Positions 11,303 through 20,490 of a stretch of DNA of 64,000 nt are shown here, one piece after another. The notes beneath the pieces were generated by a model, which saw only the letters and a list, made by a program, of their open reading frames with translations, searched no databases and was not told the DNA's origin. Origin of the DNA: an uncultured Erysipelotrichaceae bacterium (GTDB lineage Bacteria; Bacillota_I; Bacilli_A; RF39; UBA660). Both the position numbers and the translations under genes were made by a program. Every line of letters begins with the position of its first letter. Position 1 is the first letter of the stretch. The DNA is taken from NCBI GenBank assembly GCA_902789225.1, contig CADANC010000008.1:3917-67916 (forward strand), given 5' to 3'.

Positions 11303-12088
11303 ATGGAATTTTTAATACCAATATTGATTATTATCTTTATTATTGCAATTTGTTCTATTCGTCAAGTTAATGAATATGAAAGAGGTGTCTTATATGTTAT
11401 GGGACATTATAGAAAAATCCTTTTACCTGGATGGCATGTAATTTGGCCAATATTCTTCTCTTTCAAGAAAGTTGATATCAGGACTAAGGCAGTAGATGTT
11501 CCTGAACAAGAAGCAATAACTAAAGATAATGTTTCAGTTAAAATTAATGCTGTTCTTTATTACAACATTTTTGATTCCGCTAAAGCAATAAATGAAGTTG
11601 AAAACTTTAATTATGCTGTAAGTCAGTTGTCACAAACTACAATGAGAAATGCTGTTGGTGCTGTTACTTTAGATGAACTTTTATCAGAAAGAGAAAAAAT
11701 TTCTGATCAAATTTGTACTATTATTGATAAAGCAACAGATCCTTGGGGAATCAAAGTTGAAAATGTTGAACTAAAAGATGTATCACTACCTGAAGAAATG
11801 AAGCGCGTTATTGCTAAAGTTGCTGAAGCTGAAAGAGAAAAACAAGCTGTTATAACAAAATCAAAAGGAGAATTAGAGTCAGCTAATAATCTTGCTGAGG
11901 CTTCTGCAGTTATGGCTAGTTCACCTGGAGCATTACATTTAAGAACTTTAGCTACACTTAATGATTTAAGTAGTGATCAATCTAATACTATTATTTTTGC
12001 TATTCCAATTGAAGTGTTAAGAGCTTTTGAATCAGTTGATGCTTCTAAAGTTGTTAATGCAGTTAACAAATTAACTAATAAAGAATAA
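11303..12088 (+). CDS. SPFH/band-7 (stomatin/prohibitin-like) membrane protein
   Basis: 261 aa. An N-terminal TM segment is followed by the SPFH core (VNEYERGVLYVMG..., ITKDNVSVKINAVLYY, RNAVG..TLDELLSEREKI, AEAEREKQA). Confidence 0.85.
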   Translation: MEFLIPILIIIFIIAICSIRQVNEYERGVLYVMGHYRKILLPGWHVIWPIFFSFKKVDIRTKAVDVPEQEAITKDNVSVKINAVLYYNIFDSAKAINEVENFNYAVSQLSQTTMRNAVGAVTLDELLSEREKISDQICTIIDKATDPWGIKVENVELKDVSLPEEMKRVIAKVAEAEREKQAVITKSKGELESANNLAEASAVMASSPGALHLRTLATLNDLSSDQSNTIIFAIPIEVLRAFESVDASKVVNAVNKLTNKE

Positions 12089-12097
12089 TTTGAAATA

Positions 12098-12128
12098 AAA
12101 AAAAGATAACTTCGATTATCTTTTTTTA
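12098..12128 (+). terminator. Rho-independent terminator after the SPFH gene
   Basis: AAAAGATAA-CTTCGA-TTATCTTTTTTT. Confidence 0.7.
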
Positions 12129-12173
12129 TTATGTTTAATAACTTCCTAATAATATTTATGGGAGGTAATTTTT

Positions 12174-12899
12174 TTGAACGATTTTTATGAATTATATAAA
12201 AATTTTATGAGAATAAAAAAGATGGGGTGGATAAAGACTATGAGAAATGGCTCTACTGGTGTTGGTTATACTTTTGAAAGTCTTTTAAATAAGGATGAAG
12301 AGAGTTTTAATGTTCCTGATTTTGGTGATATAGAGATTAAAACAAAGCGTTATTTTACTAAAGGATATATAGAATTATTCAATGCTGTACCTGATGGAGA
12401 TTATTTATTTCCTATAAAAAATCTATTAAATAAATATGGTTATAAAACTAGAAAAAATCCTAATTCGAAAGCAATTGTTGGAGATGTTTATGCAAATAAA
12501 GATAGTATGATTGGATTATATTATGTCTATCGTTTAAAAGTAGATAGAAATTCAAAAATAATTAGACTATATATATCAGATTTTGAAGGAAATCTTTTAG
12601 ACTCTTCGGTTACATGGTCCTTTGCCTATCTAAAAGAGAAATTATATAGAAAATTAAAATATCTAGCATTGATTTATGCTAAAAGTAAATACATTAATGG
12701 TACAGAATATTTCTTATACAATAGAATATCATTTTATAAACTAATAGGATTTGATTCTTTTTTGGAATTGATAGAAGATGGAAAAATTCATATACAATTC
12801 AATGCAAGGTATATAGATAATGGTGTAACTAAAAAATATCATGATCATGGTACTGCATTCAAAATACATGAAAAAGATATACAATTCTTATTTAATTAA
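12174..12899 (+). CDS. MvaI/BcnI-family (MutH-related) restriction endonuclease-like protein
   Basis: 241 aa. GVGYTFESLLNKDEESFNVPDFGDIEIKTKR and the C-terminal HDHGTAFKI parallel my recalled BcnI blocks (GVVGQILERQFG...LGDLGEFELKGMR; HDRGPHLRI). The start is TTG in the ORF track. Confidence 0.55.
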   Translation: MNDFYELYKNFMRIKKMGWIKTMRNGSTGVGYTFESLLNKDEESFNVPDFGDIEIKTKRYFTKGYIELFNAVPDGDYLFPIKNLLNKYGYKTRKNPNSKAIVGDVYANKDSMIGLYYVYRLKVDRNSKIIRLYISDFEGNLLDSSVTWSFAYLKEKLYRKLKYLALIYAKSKYINGTEYFLYNRISFYKLIGFDSFLELIEDGKIHIQFNARYIDNGVTKKYHDHGTAFKIHEKDIQFLFN

Positions 12900-12933
12900 A
12901 TATAATGTTCTTTCTATGTTGGGCCAAGTGGTT

Positions 12934-12970
12934 AAAAAAAAGATAGAATACATATATATTCTATCTTTTT
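12934..12970. terminator. Bidirectional hairpin terminator between the endonuclease gene and the tRNA operon
   Basis: AAAAAAAAGATAGAAT-ACATATAT-ATTCTATCTTTTT, with A/T runs on both sides. Confidence 0.7.
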
Positions 12971-12978
12971 AATTCATA

Positions 12979-13055
12979 TGGTCGGGACGACAGGATTTGA
13001 ACCTGCAACCACTTGGTCCCAAACCAAGTGCTCTACCAAGTTGAGCCACGTCCCG
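12979..13055 (-). tRNA. tRNA-Pro (UGG)
   Basis: Reverse complement folds as a cloverleaf CGGGACG...CTTGG-TT[TGG]GA-CCAAG...CGTCCCGACCA. CCA is encoded. Confidence 0.95.
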
Positions 13056-13059
13056 AAAA

Positions 13060-13136
13060 TGGTGCGCTCGGAGGGATTCGAACCCCCGACCTCTTGGTTC
13101 GTAGCCAAACACTCTATCCAGCTGAGCTACGAGCGC
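13060..13136 (-). tRNA. tRNA-Arg (ACG)
   Basis: GCGCTCG...TTTGG-CT[ACG]AA-CCAAG...CGAGCGCACCA. CCA is encoded. Confidence 0.95.
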
Positions 13137-13171
13137 ATGACATACTTAAGCAGCACGCATTAATTTTAAAA

Positions 13172-13247
<76 letters not shown>

Positions 13248-13250
13248 AAA

Positions 13251-13327
13251 TGGCGGTTCCGACGGGGCTCGAACCCGCGATCTTCTGCGTGACAGGCAGA
13301 CGTGTTAACCAGCTGCACCACGGAACC
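13251..13327 (-). tRNA. tRNA-Asp (GUC)
   Basis: GGTTCCG...CTGC-CT[GTC]AC-GCAG...CGGAACCGCCA. The discriminator is G and CCA is encoded. Confidence 0.95.
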
Positions 13328-13329
13328 AT

Positions 13330-13406
13330 TGGTTGCGGAGACAGGATTTGAACCTGCGACCTTCGGGTTATGAGCCCAACGAGCTACCAGACTGCTCTAC
13401 TCCGCG
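13330..13406 (-). tRNA. Initiator tRNA-fMet (CAU)
   Basis: CGCGGAG...TTGGG-CT[CAT]AA-CCCGA...CTCCGCAACCA. The C1-A72 mismatch and three G-C pairs closing the anticodon stem are initiator hallmarks. Confidence 0.9.
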
Positions 13407-13425
13407 ATATTAATAAAATTGTAAA

Positions 13426-13518
13426 TGGCGGAGGAAAAGGGATTCGAACCCCTGCGCCGCTTGCACGACCTCCCGGTTTTCAAGACCGGTCCCTTCAACC
13501 AGACTTGGGTATTCCTCC
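13426..13518 (-). tRNA. tRNA-Ser (UGA), long variable arm
   Basis: 93 nt. GGAGGAA...CCGGT-CT[TGA]AA-ACCGG plus a long extra arm ...TTCCTCCGCCA. Confidence 0.93.
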
Positions 13519-13522
13519 TTAT

Positions 13523-13611
13523 TGGTGCCTGAGGCCGGACTTGAACCGGCACGAGTGGTTAAGCTCGCAGGATTTTAAGTCCTGTGCGTCTACCAGTTCC
13601 GCCACTCAGGC
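13523..13611 (-). tRNA. tRNA-Leu (UAA), long variable arm
   Basis: 89 nt. GCCTGAG...CAGGA-CT[TAA]AA-TCCTG plus an extra arm ...CTCAGGCACCA. Confidence 0.93.
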
Positions 13612-13617
13612 TTCAAA

Positions 13618-13693
13618 TGGTGACCCGTATGAGATTCGAACTCATGACCCTTTGATTAAAAGTCAAATGCTCTACCGACTGAGCTAACGGATC
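13618..13693 (-). tRNA. tRNA-Lys (UUU)
   Basis: GATCCGT...TTTGA-CT[TTT]AA-TCAAA...ACGGGTCACCA. Confidence 0.95.
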
Positions 13694-13701
13694 AATTTTA
13701 A

Positions 13702-13776
13702 TGGCTGCCTTGGCTAGATTCGAACTAGCGCATGTCAGAGTCAAAGTCTGATGCCTTACCACTTGGCTACAAGGCA
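13702..13776 (-). tRNA. tRNA-Gln (UUG)
   Basis: TGCCTTG...TCAGA-CT[TTG]AC-TCTGA...CAAGGCAGCCA. It has a U1-A72 pair. Confidence 0.95.
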
Positions 13777-13781
13777 ATGTA

Positions 13782-13866
13782 TGGTGGAGAGAGATGGATT
13801 CGAACCATCGAACTCAATGAGAACAGATTTACAGTCTGTCGCGTTTAGCCTCTTCGCTACCTCTCC
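13782..13866 (-). tRNA. tRNA-Tyr (GUA), long variable arm
   Basis: 85 nt. GGAGAGG...CAGA-CT[GTA]AA-TCTG plus an extra arm ...CTCTCCACCA. Confidence 0.93.
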
Positions 13867-13873
13867 AAAAAAA

Positions 13874-13949
<76 letters not shown>

Positions 13950-13950
13950 A

Positions 13951-14027
13951 TGGTGGGCGATACAGGACTCGAACCTGTGACCCCCTGCTTGTAAGGCAGG
14001 TGCTCTAACCAACTGAGCTAATCGCCC
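13951..14027 (-). tRNA. tRNA-Val (UAC)
   Basis: GGGCGAT...CTGC-CT[TAC]AA-GCAG...ATCGCCCACCA. Confidence 0.95.
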
Positions 14028-14049
14028 GATACACCAGTTGACGTTATTA

Positions 14050-14078
14050 AATATACCAATTATTCTTATGTTTGTCAA
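14050..14078 (-). promoter_or_regulatory. Consensus-like sigma-A promoter of the 12-tRNA operon (TTGACA-N17-TATATT)
   Basis: Minus strand: TTGACA at 14078-14073, a 17-nt spacer, TATATT at 14055-14050, about 22 nt upstream of tRNA-Val. Confidence 0.7.
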
Positions 14079-14095
14079 TTATTTTTAGCTTTTTT

Positions 14096-14455
14096 TTATT
14101 TATTTTCTTCTATTTCTTTAATTTTTTCTTTTTCCCATTTTGATAGTTTTTCTTTTAATGTTTTAAATTGATTTTTTGTTTCTTTTATCTTTTTCAATTT
14201 TTTTGTTCCAATTTGATAATCTATGTCTTTAATAGATAGTTTTATATGCTTATTATCTTCATCTTTTTCTATAACCTTACATTTTATTGTTTGCCCTATT
14301 TCTACATAATCATTAATCTCTCTAACGTATAGATTTGAAATTTCTGATATATGAATTAACCCGGTATAATACTCGTCTAAATTTACAAATATTCCATATT
14401 TTTCTATACCAGTTACACAACCAACAACTATATCTCCTACTTCATATTTTGACAT
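14096..14455 (-). CDS. S1 RNA-binding domain protein
   Basis: 119 aa. GDIVVGCVTGIEKYGIFVNLDEYYTGLIHISEIS...IKCKVIEKDEDNKHIKLSIK is a canonical S1 OB fold. Confidence 0.8.
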   Translation of the reverse strand: MSKYEVGDIVVGCVTGIEKYGIFVNLDEYYTGLIHISEISNLYVREINDYVEIGQTIKCKVIEKDEDNKHIKLSIKDIDYQIGTKKLKKIKETKNQFKTLKEKLSKWEKEKIKEIEENK

Positions 14456-14557
14456 ATTATCGCCTCTGTCATATTATATCACTCATGCTTTCGATTAACA
14501 AGTTTAATCTTTACTTTATTTATTATTTGATATAATATATTTTTGGGTGATTTAATA

Positions 14558-14812
14558 ATGAATAATGATGTTGAAGACAAAATTAGGATATTAATAGATA
14601 AAATTAGACCATATTTAATTAGTGATGGTGGAAATTTAGAATTTATAAAATATGAAGATAATATAGTTTATGTGCAACTAATGGGGGCATGTGATGGATG
14701 TCCTTTGATTGATGTTACTTTAAAAGATGGTATAGAAGAAATGATATGTTCTGAAATACCTGAAGTAAAAGAAGTAAAACTATATGAACCTGAAAATCAT
14801 AATAATACTTAA
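14558..14812 (+). CDS. NifU-like (Nfu C-terminal domain) Fe-S scaffold/carrier protein
   Basis: IRPYLISDGGNLEFIKYEDNIVYVQLMGACDGCP...TLKDGIEEMI carries the Nfu CxxC motif. I prefer the ATG at 14558 over the TTG at 14543 in the ORF track. Confidence 0.8.
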   Translation: MNNDVEDKIRILIDKIRPYLISDGGNLEFIKYEDNIVYVQLMGACDGCPLIDVTLKDGIEEMICSEIPEVKEVKLYEPENHNNT

Positions 14813-14826
14813 TAATTTATAAACAA

Positions 14827-14866
14827 AACCTCGTTTCTTTTATATAGAAACGAGGTTTATTTTTTT
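14827..14866. terminator. Bidirectional terminator between convergent genes
   Basis: AACCTCGTTTCT-TTTATAT-AGAAACGAGGTT followed by TATTTTTTT. Confidence 0.75.
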
Positions 14867-16514
14867 ATTTACTTTTTTTTGATTCTGTTGATTCTTCTTT
14901 CTTCATTGAATTTAGCATTTCTTTTATATATTCATCTTGTGAAGATATTGTTTCGTTTGCTTCGTCTCTCTTCTTATATGCAGCGGCTTTTCTTTCGTTG
15001 TTCCTTTCTGTTTCTTGCATTGATGCATCTTTAATTTGTTGTTCCTTCTCTTTTGCACTTTTTATATCTTCTTCTGTTTCTTCTATTTCTTTTTTCATTC
15101 CTTCTATATATGCATTAAATTGTTCTATAACTAAATCCATTGCTTCTTGTTTTTTTCTTCTTAATTCTTCTGCTTTTGCTTTTTCTTCTTCTGCTCTTTT
15201 TATTTCTTCTTTTTCAATTTTTCTTTTTTCTTCTGCTTCTCTTTCTGCTTCTTCTACACTCTCGTTAGCTCTTCTTTTTGCCTCTTTAGTTGCTTTTACT
15301 TGTTCTCTGTATTTTTCTCCTAATTCTTTTAATCTATTAATTTCTTCTCTATAGTTTCGTTCTTTTGGTTTTTCTTGTGTTTCTTCTTTTGGTTCATTAT
15401 CCTCTTTCTTGCCACTTATAGTTCTATAATAGTCTTCTCTTAAGTTTTTATAGAACTCATCTAAATATCTTTCGTATTCTCTTGATGTCTCTCCTTCATT
15501 ACGTTCTCTTGGCACTCCTGCTTTAAATGTAGTTGTTTTTTCTTTTGTTTTAGGAGCTGTCTCTTCTAATAATTTTTTAGATGCTTCAATTTCTTCATCT
15601 GTCATTCCTTGAGCTATTACACCTTTATCGTCTTTTGATTTATTATATTCCTCTATTGCCTTTAAAGGTATACTTAATATTTCTTTTTTATCTTCTTTTT
15701 CTTTTTGTTTATTGTTATATTTTTCAACTTCTGCTATTGGAATTCTTAATATAGTTTTATCTTTCTTATTTTCTTGCTTTTGTGCATTTTGCTCATAATA
15801 TCTATTGATGTCTATTGCAGGAATAACTATAGTTGGTTTTCTTTTTTCCTTTGCTTCTTCAACTTCTAAATCCACTTCTGCTGCACTATCAAGTTCTGAA
15901 GGATCATCAATTTCTTGCTTTTCTTCCTCTTCTTCTGGAACTTCACTAACGATTTCTTCTTGAACTAGTTCATTTTCACTAGATTCTTCTACAGCCTCAG
16001 TTGCTTTTTGTTCTGCTTTTACTCTTTCTATTTCTGCTTCTAATTCTTCTCTTTCTTCTTCAGATATAGTTCCTGCATTTTTTCTAGTTATTGCTTCTTT
16101 CTTTGCTTCTCTATCTAGTTCTTTCAAAATAACACTTACTCTTCCGTTAGCATTATCTATCATTCCTTGATTTAATCTAATTGCTCTTCTTGCTATTATT
16201 TCAGGAGATTCACCTTCGTTTGTTTTTAAGAATTTATATTTACTCATTAATATAGCTATATCAGCAGATAAATCTTCTCTTTTTTCTTCGCTAACTTCTT
16301 CATCATATGATCTTATTTTTTCTTCAATTTTTGACTTTAAACCACGTCTCATTCTCCATGCTTCAAACTTTGATTTTGCTGCAGTATAAGTAATGTTTTG
16401 AAATCTTAATTTGTTAACTTCTGTCATTTGCTGAGGCTTATCTTTGATTACTTGGTTATCTATAAATTCAAAATCATACTTTTCACTCAACATATCTAGT
16501 ATTCTATCATTCAT
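14865..16514 (-). CDS. Highly charged Glu/Lys-rich coiled-coil protein, function unknown
   Basis: 549-aa ORF with a globular N-terminal ~130 aa followed by E/K-rich low complexity. There are three copies of an I-x-I-P-x-x-x-I-x-x-Y motif. Confidence 0.55.
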   Translation of the reverse strand: MNDRILDMLSEKYDFEFIDNQVIKDKPQQMTEVNKLRFQNITYTAAKSKFEAWRMRRGLKSKIEEKIRSYDEEVSEEKREDLSADIAILMSKYKFLKTNEGESPEIIARRAIRLNQGMIDNANGRVSVILKELDREAKKEAITRKNAGTISEEEREELEAEIERVKAEQKATEAVEESSENELVQEEIVSEVPEEEEEKQEIDDPSELDSAAEVDLEVEEAKEKRKPTIVIPAIDINRYYEQNAQKQENKKDKTILRIPIAEVEKYNNKQKEKEDKKEILSIPLKAIEEYNKSKDDKGVIAQGMTDEEIEASKKLLEETAPKTKEKTTTFKAGVPRERNEGETSREYERYLDEFYKNLREDYYRTISGKKEDNEPKEETQEKPKERNYREEINRLKELGEKYREQVKATKEAKRRANESVEEAEREAEEKRKIEKEEIKRAEEEKAKAEELRRKKQEAMDLVIEQFNAYIEGMKKEIEETEEDIKSAKEKEQQIKDASMQETERNNERKAAAYKKRDEANETISSQDEYIKEMLNSMKKEESTESKKSK

Positions 16515-16531
16515 TATAAAAACCTCCCTAA

Positions 16532-16837
16532 TTATTGTTCAGATTTTGATAATTCTCTTAACACATCTTTAATTCTATTCCATTCATTCTCATCATCAAC
16601 ACCATATAGTTTAGTATTTCCAGATGAACGATCTACATTAGATATATATACAGTTATTAGTCCCTTATCATCTCTTTCATTTTTTGTATAAATTATATAT
16701 TCTTTATTTGTATCCTTAAATTTAAAAGCAATTATTACTTCTACTTCTTCTTCTGTTCCATCTTGAGCGATGATAGTCATCATATTTTTTTCTTTATTTT
16801 GTTCTGACATATCGATTTTCCTCCCTTTATTATTCAC
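16532..16837 (-). CDS. DUF1292 (UPF0473)-like small protein
   Basis: 101 aa. The DGTEEEVEVIIAFKFKDTNKEYIIYT pattern is typical of DUF1292. Confidence 0.65.
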   Translation of the reverse strand: MNNKGRKIDMSEQNKEKNMMTIIAQDGTEEEVEVIIAFKFKDTNKEYIIYTKNERDDKGLITVYISNVDRSSGNTKLYGVDDENEWNRIKDVLRELSKSEQ

Positions 16838-16877
16838 TATATTTAGTTTATCATAAATTGAATAATTTACAAGTTTT

Positions 16878-17198
16878 TTACTTTATTTTTTTTAAAATAA
16901 AAATGTTTGATCCCTGCTGACAATAATTTTTTATATAATCATCTATTGTGCTATAATCATTTATCTTATTTTTTTTCTTATTTTTAGAATCATAATATCC
17001 TTTTAATCGAACTTTTTCATATGCTATATCTCCCATGATATAGTCATAGTCATCAAAATAATTTGTTTCTTTTATTCTTTCACTAACTTCAGTTTGATTA
17101 AAACAATCATTATCATTTCTAATAATTTCATAATTTATTTCTCTTAGTTTTATAACCTTACTTTTCAATCCAATCAGCTCCTTTAAAATTTCCATCAT
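16878..17198 (-). CDS. YutD-like (DUF1027) protein
   Basis: 106 aa. YDYIMGDIAYEKVRLKGYYD matches the YutD signature YDYIVGDWGY.QLRLKGF, recalled from memory. Confidence 0.6.
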   Translation of the reverse strand: MMEILKELIGLKSKVIKLREINYEIIRNDNDCFNQTEVSERIKETNYFDDYDYIMGDIAYEKVRLKGYYDSKNKKKNKINDYSTIDDYIKNYCQQGSNIFILKKIK

Positions 17199-17676
17199 TT
17201 GGTTCTTCTCTTAAAAGTCCATAATAATCTTGTTGTCGAAGTACTTCATATATTGCTATTGCTACACTATTTGATAAATTTAGTGCTCTAACGTTATCTG
17301 TCATTGGAATTCTCATACAATTATCTATATGGTTTTTTAATATTTCTTTTGGTATGCCTGTTGATTCTTTTCCAAATATTAAGTATATATTATTATCTTT
17401 GTTTGAAAAGTCAAATTCAGTATGGGGTTTTCTTCCATATCTTGTGAAGAAATAGTATTCCCCTTTGTTTTTGTCTTGAAAATCTTCAAAATTCTCATAT
17501 ATTTCATAATCTAGTTTATCAATATAATTAACTCCACTTCTTTTTAAGTGTGCATCATCTATAATAAAACCTAGTGGCTTAATTAAATGAAGTTTAGTTC
17601 CTGTTGCTACACATGTTCTCATTATATTTCCTGTATTACCAGGTATTTCAGGTTGATATAAAACTATATTATTCAT
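17158..17676 (-). CDS. trmL: tRNA (cytidine/uridine-34 2'-O)-methyltransferase, SpoU/TrmL family
   Basis: 172 aa with IVLYQPEIPGNTGNIMRTC, LHLIKPLGF..DD..LKRSGVNY, LIFGKESTGIP and LNLSNSVAIAIYE. Confidence 0.85.
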   Translation of the reverse strand: MNNIVLYQPEIPGNTGNIMRTCVATGTKLHLIKPLGFIIDDAHLKRSGVNYIDKLDYEIYENFEDFQDKNKGEYYFFTRYGRKPHTEFDFSNKDNNIYLIFGKESTGIPKEILKNHIDNCMRIPMTDNVRALNLSNSVAIAIYEVLRQQDYYGLLREEPNDGNFKGADWIEK

Positions 17677-17704
17677 ATTCTTTTCCTCTACTCAAAATAG
17701 GAGA

Positions 17705-18226
17705 TTAATCTCCTATTTTATTCTTTTCTATAAAATCTTTTGCTTTTGATAGTGTTAATTTGTTTGAGCTTGTCCCTTCAATCATATCACTTATTTTTCC
17801 ATCATTAAAATATATAAGTGCTGGATAATTTGGAGTTAGTTTTGTTTTGTATTCGTAATTGTTATTAAACTCTTTTACAAATTTAACTTGATTAACGTTT
17901 GTTAGATTAACATATACTATGTAATTCTCCATTGAGTTTTTTATTATATATTTTTTAAAATCTTTTTCAAAGTTACGACATTTCATATTATCTGATGTGC
18001 ATAAATATAATAAGGTAGTTGGATTTTCTAACACATAATTATTTAATTCTTGTGATGATATTTCAGGTATGATGCCTCTTATGACTGGTGTTTGTTTTTT
18101 TTCTGTATCAATAACTTCATACCATTTACAAAAGTACATTGTTAATCCAATACCAATTAAGAATATAAATGCTAATATAAAATAATTTTTTACTGGAATT
18201 TTGTTTTCTTTCATTTGTTTCTCCAA
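17705..18226 (-). CDS. N-terminally membrane-anchored hypothetical protein (possible thioredoxin-like fold without CxxC)
   Basis: 173-aa ORF with one N-terminal TM segment. No catalytic motif is recognised. Confidence 0.45.
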   Translation of the reverse strand: MEKQMKENKIPVKNYFILAFIFLIGIGLTMYFCKWYEVIDTEKKQTPVIRGIIPEISSQELNNYVLENPTTLLYLCTSDNMKCRNFEKDFKKYIIKNSMENYIVYVNLTNVNQVKFVKEFNNNYEYKTKLTPNYPALIYFNDGKISDMIEGTSSNKLTLSKAKDFIEKNKIGD

Positions 18227-18246
18227 TCATTTTTATTTTAACATAA

Positions 18247-20421
18247 TTATCTAAAGTTGAATATCTTTTTTATTTCTTTTGTTGTTTCTTCATAGAAATC
18301 ATATCTTAATGTTACGTAATCTTTTATTAAGTCTTTTTTCTTAAAATCAATTTTTTCATGATTATAGATATGAGTATTAATTCCATCGAAATAAACTGGG
18401 AATTTTCTTCCTTTTGGATCTTTTATGTAATAATTAATATCATTTGAAACGATATCTAGTATATTTCCCTTAATTACCATGTTTTCTACTCTGCCATATA
18501 CTAACACTTCAAATCTTGGATATTGTTTAAAAGTAGATATATATTTATTAATCATGTTTATTATTTCATCTTCTGATAGTTCAACTGAAGGAGTAACAAC
18601 TTTTATTCCTTTTTTATATAAATAATATGCTGTATATATATTTGTTACATTTAAACCATAATCTCCAACTACAACATCTTTTCTTGTGAAATCAAAATAG
18701 TCATTAGTTATAGTTCTTTCTTTTGCTGAATCAATAGGTGTTCTAGAACATCTTGTTAGTTTGTAGAATGCTTTTGAATCTAAATTTCTATCTCTAAATT
18801 GTTTAGTATTAGAAATATATGTTCTTAGAATTTCTCTTCTATTTAATATATTACTTTGTTCTTCATTTATTACATTTGCTGTTATACCTGTTTCTTTATC
18901 TGTTCCTGGTAGTTCTAAATTATTATTTAATATAATTGGATCTTTTTTTGATGTCATCCTTATATTCATTAATTCATTTACTACAGAACGCCTTAATTCA
19001 TTTATTTCACTTATTGATATAAATATACCTTCATCAGCATCTATTACTGTTGCTTTTGATACAAAAGGTGTTCCTCCTAGTTTCTCAATTTGTTCACGTA
19101 TTCTTTCTTCAGTTGTTGGTGATGTCTTAGAAGCTTCTATTATAGTTCCTTCTCCTTTTACATTATGTTCACCATCACTTATTTCTACCGAAATTTTTTG
19201 TCCTAAATGAGCCTCTACCCTAAAAGTGATAGGTATTTGTCTTGCAGGTAATTTTTGTAAATCTTGATTTAATTTATAATCCGTTGTTTTCATTACTTTA
19301 TCTAATATATCTAGTTTTACTTTATTATCTACATATACGATATCGCCTTCAGTTGCTCCACTTATATAGTTACCTTGTTCATCATATAAATAATTAACTA
19401 TGAAACCTTCTCCTGATTTTAGAAATCTAATTCCATCATTTTGATTTAAATCTCTTTTTAATTTTATTTTTATTTTATCATCAGTAAATCCTATTACCTT
19501 TCCAATTTCTAGTCCTATATGATTAGGATTTTCTGTATTTAATATATCATTTGATGAGAATAGATATCCTTCTGTAAACCCTCTATTATAGATTGTTTTT
19601 AATCCATCATTTAATCCATCTATATCTACATTTTCACAATTATTATCAATTAAAGTTCTATACATTCTTGTAATATAACCTACATATTCTGGTGATTTCA
19701 TTCTTCCTTCAATTTTGAAACAATCAATCTTACTGTCTAATAATTCTTTAAATCTAGTTGATGTATTTAATTCTTTCATACTAAGAAGATATTGTGGCTT
19801 TTTTAGTATATGGTCATTTTTTTCTAAAGTATATTGTAATCTGCAACATCCTGCACATTCTCCTCGATTTGCACTTCTTCCTCCAATTGATGATGACATT
19901 AGACAACATCCTGAATATGATACACATAATGCTCCATGTATAAATACTTCTTTTTCAACTGGGGCTGTTATATTTTTAATTTCATTCAATGTCATTTCAC
20001 GTGAAAAAACTACTCTTTTGGCTCCACATTCTGCTAAAAATTTAGCTGTGTCATTTGATGAAACATTTGCTTGTGTAGAGGCATGAATTTCTAGATTTGG
20101 ATATTTTTCATGACAAAGATTCAACATTCCAAAGTCTTGGATTAATATTGCATCTATTCCATTTTTATATAAAAATTCTACTTGCTTTAAGAAATCTAAT
20201 ACTTCATCATCTTTTACTAAAGTATTCATGGTTGCATATAGTTTTACTCCATATAAATGGCATAGTTTTATTGCATATATCATTTCATCGTTAGTAAAGT
20301 TTTTAGCAAATTTTCTAGCCCCAAAGTTTTCACATCCACAGTATACTGCATCTGCTCCATTAGCTACTGCTTGTTTTAGCGAATCCATATCTCCTGCTGG
20401 TGAAAGTAATTCATGTTTCAT
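18247..20421 (-). CDS. Long peptidase-U32 family protein (YdcP/RlhA-like architecture)
   Basis: ELLSPAGD...AVANGADAVYCG, IHASTQ, the Cys cluster GECAGCCRLQY and IEGRMKSPEY are U32 hallmarks. The ATG at 20421 is preferred: AGGAAG lies 8 nt upstream, and the GTG at 20430 sits just after the RBS. Confidence 0.85.
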   Translation of the reverse strand: MKHELLSPAGDMDSLKQAVANGADAVYCGCENFGARKFAKNFTNDEMIYAIKLCHLYGVKLYATMNTLVKDDEVLDFLKQVEFLYKNGIDAILIQDFGMLNLCHEKYPNLEIHASTQANVSSNDTAKFLAECGAKRVVFSREMTLNEIKNITAPVEKEVFIHGALCVSYSGCCLMSSSIGGRSANRGECAGCCRLQYTLEKNDHILKKPQYLLSMKELNTSTRFKELLDSKIDCFKIEGRMKSPEYVGYITRMYRTLIDNNCENVDIDGLNDGLKTIYNRGFTEGYLFSSNDILNTENPNHIGLEIGKVIGFTDDKIKIKLKRDLNQNDGIRFLKSGEGFIVNYLYDEQGNYISGATEGDIVYVDNKVKLDILDKVMKTTDYKLNQDLQKLPARQIPITFRVEAHLGQKISVEISDGEHNVKGEGTIIEASKTSPTTEERIREQIEKLGGTPFVSKATVIDADEGIFISISEINELRRSVVNELMNIRMTSKKDPIILNNNLELPGTDKETGITANVINEEQSNILNRREILRTYISNTKQFRDRNLDSKAFYKLTRCSRTPIDSAKERTITNDYFDFTRKDVVVGDYGLNVTNIYTAYYLYKKGIKVVTPSVELSEDEIINMINKYISTFKQYPRFEVLVYGRVENMVIKGNILDIVSNDINYYIKDPKGRKFPVYFDGINTHIYNHEKIDFKKKDLIKDYVTLRYDFYEETTKEIKKIFNFR

Positions 20422-20461
20422 TATACACACTTCCTATCATATAAATTATACCAAATTAATT

Positions 20462-20490
20462 AAAAAAAAAGAATGGTTTTTACCATTCTT
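20462..20490 (-). terminator. Rho-independent terminator after rubrerythrin
   Basis: Minus strand reads AAGAATGGT-AAAA-ACCATTCTT followed by TTTTTTT. It overlaps the stop codon. Confidence 0.7.
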
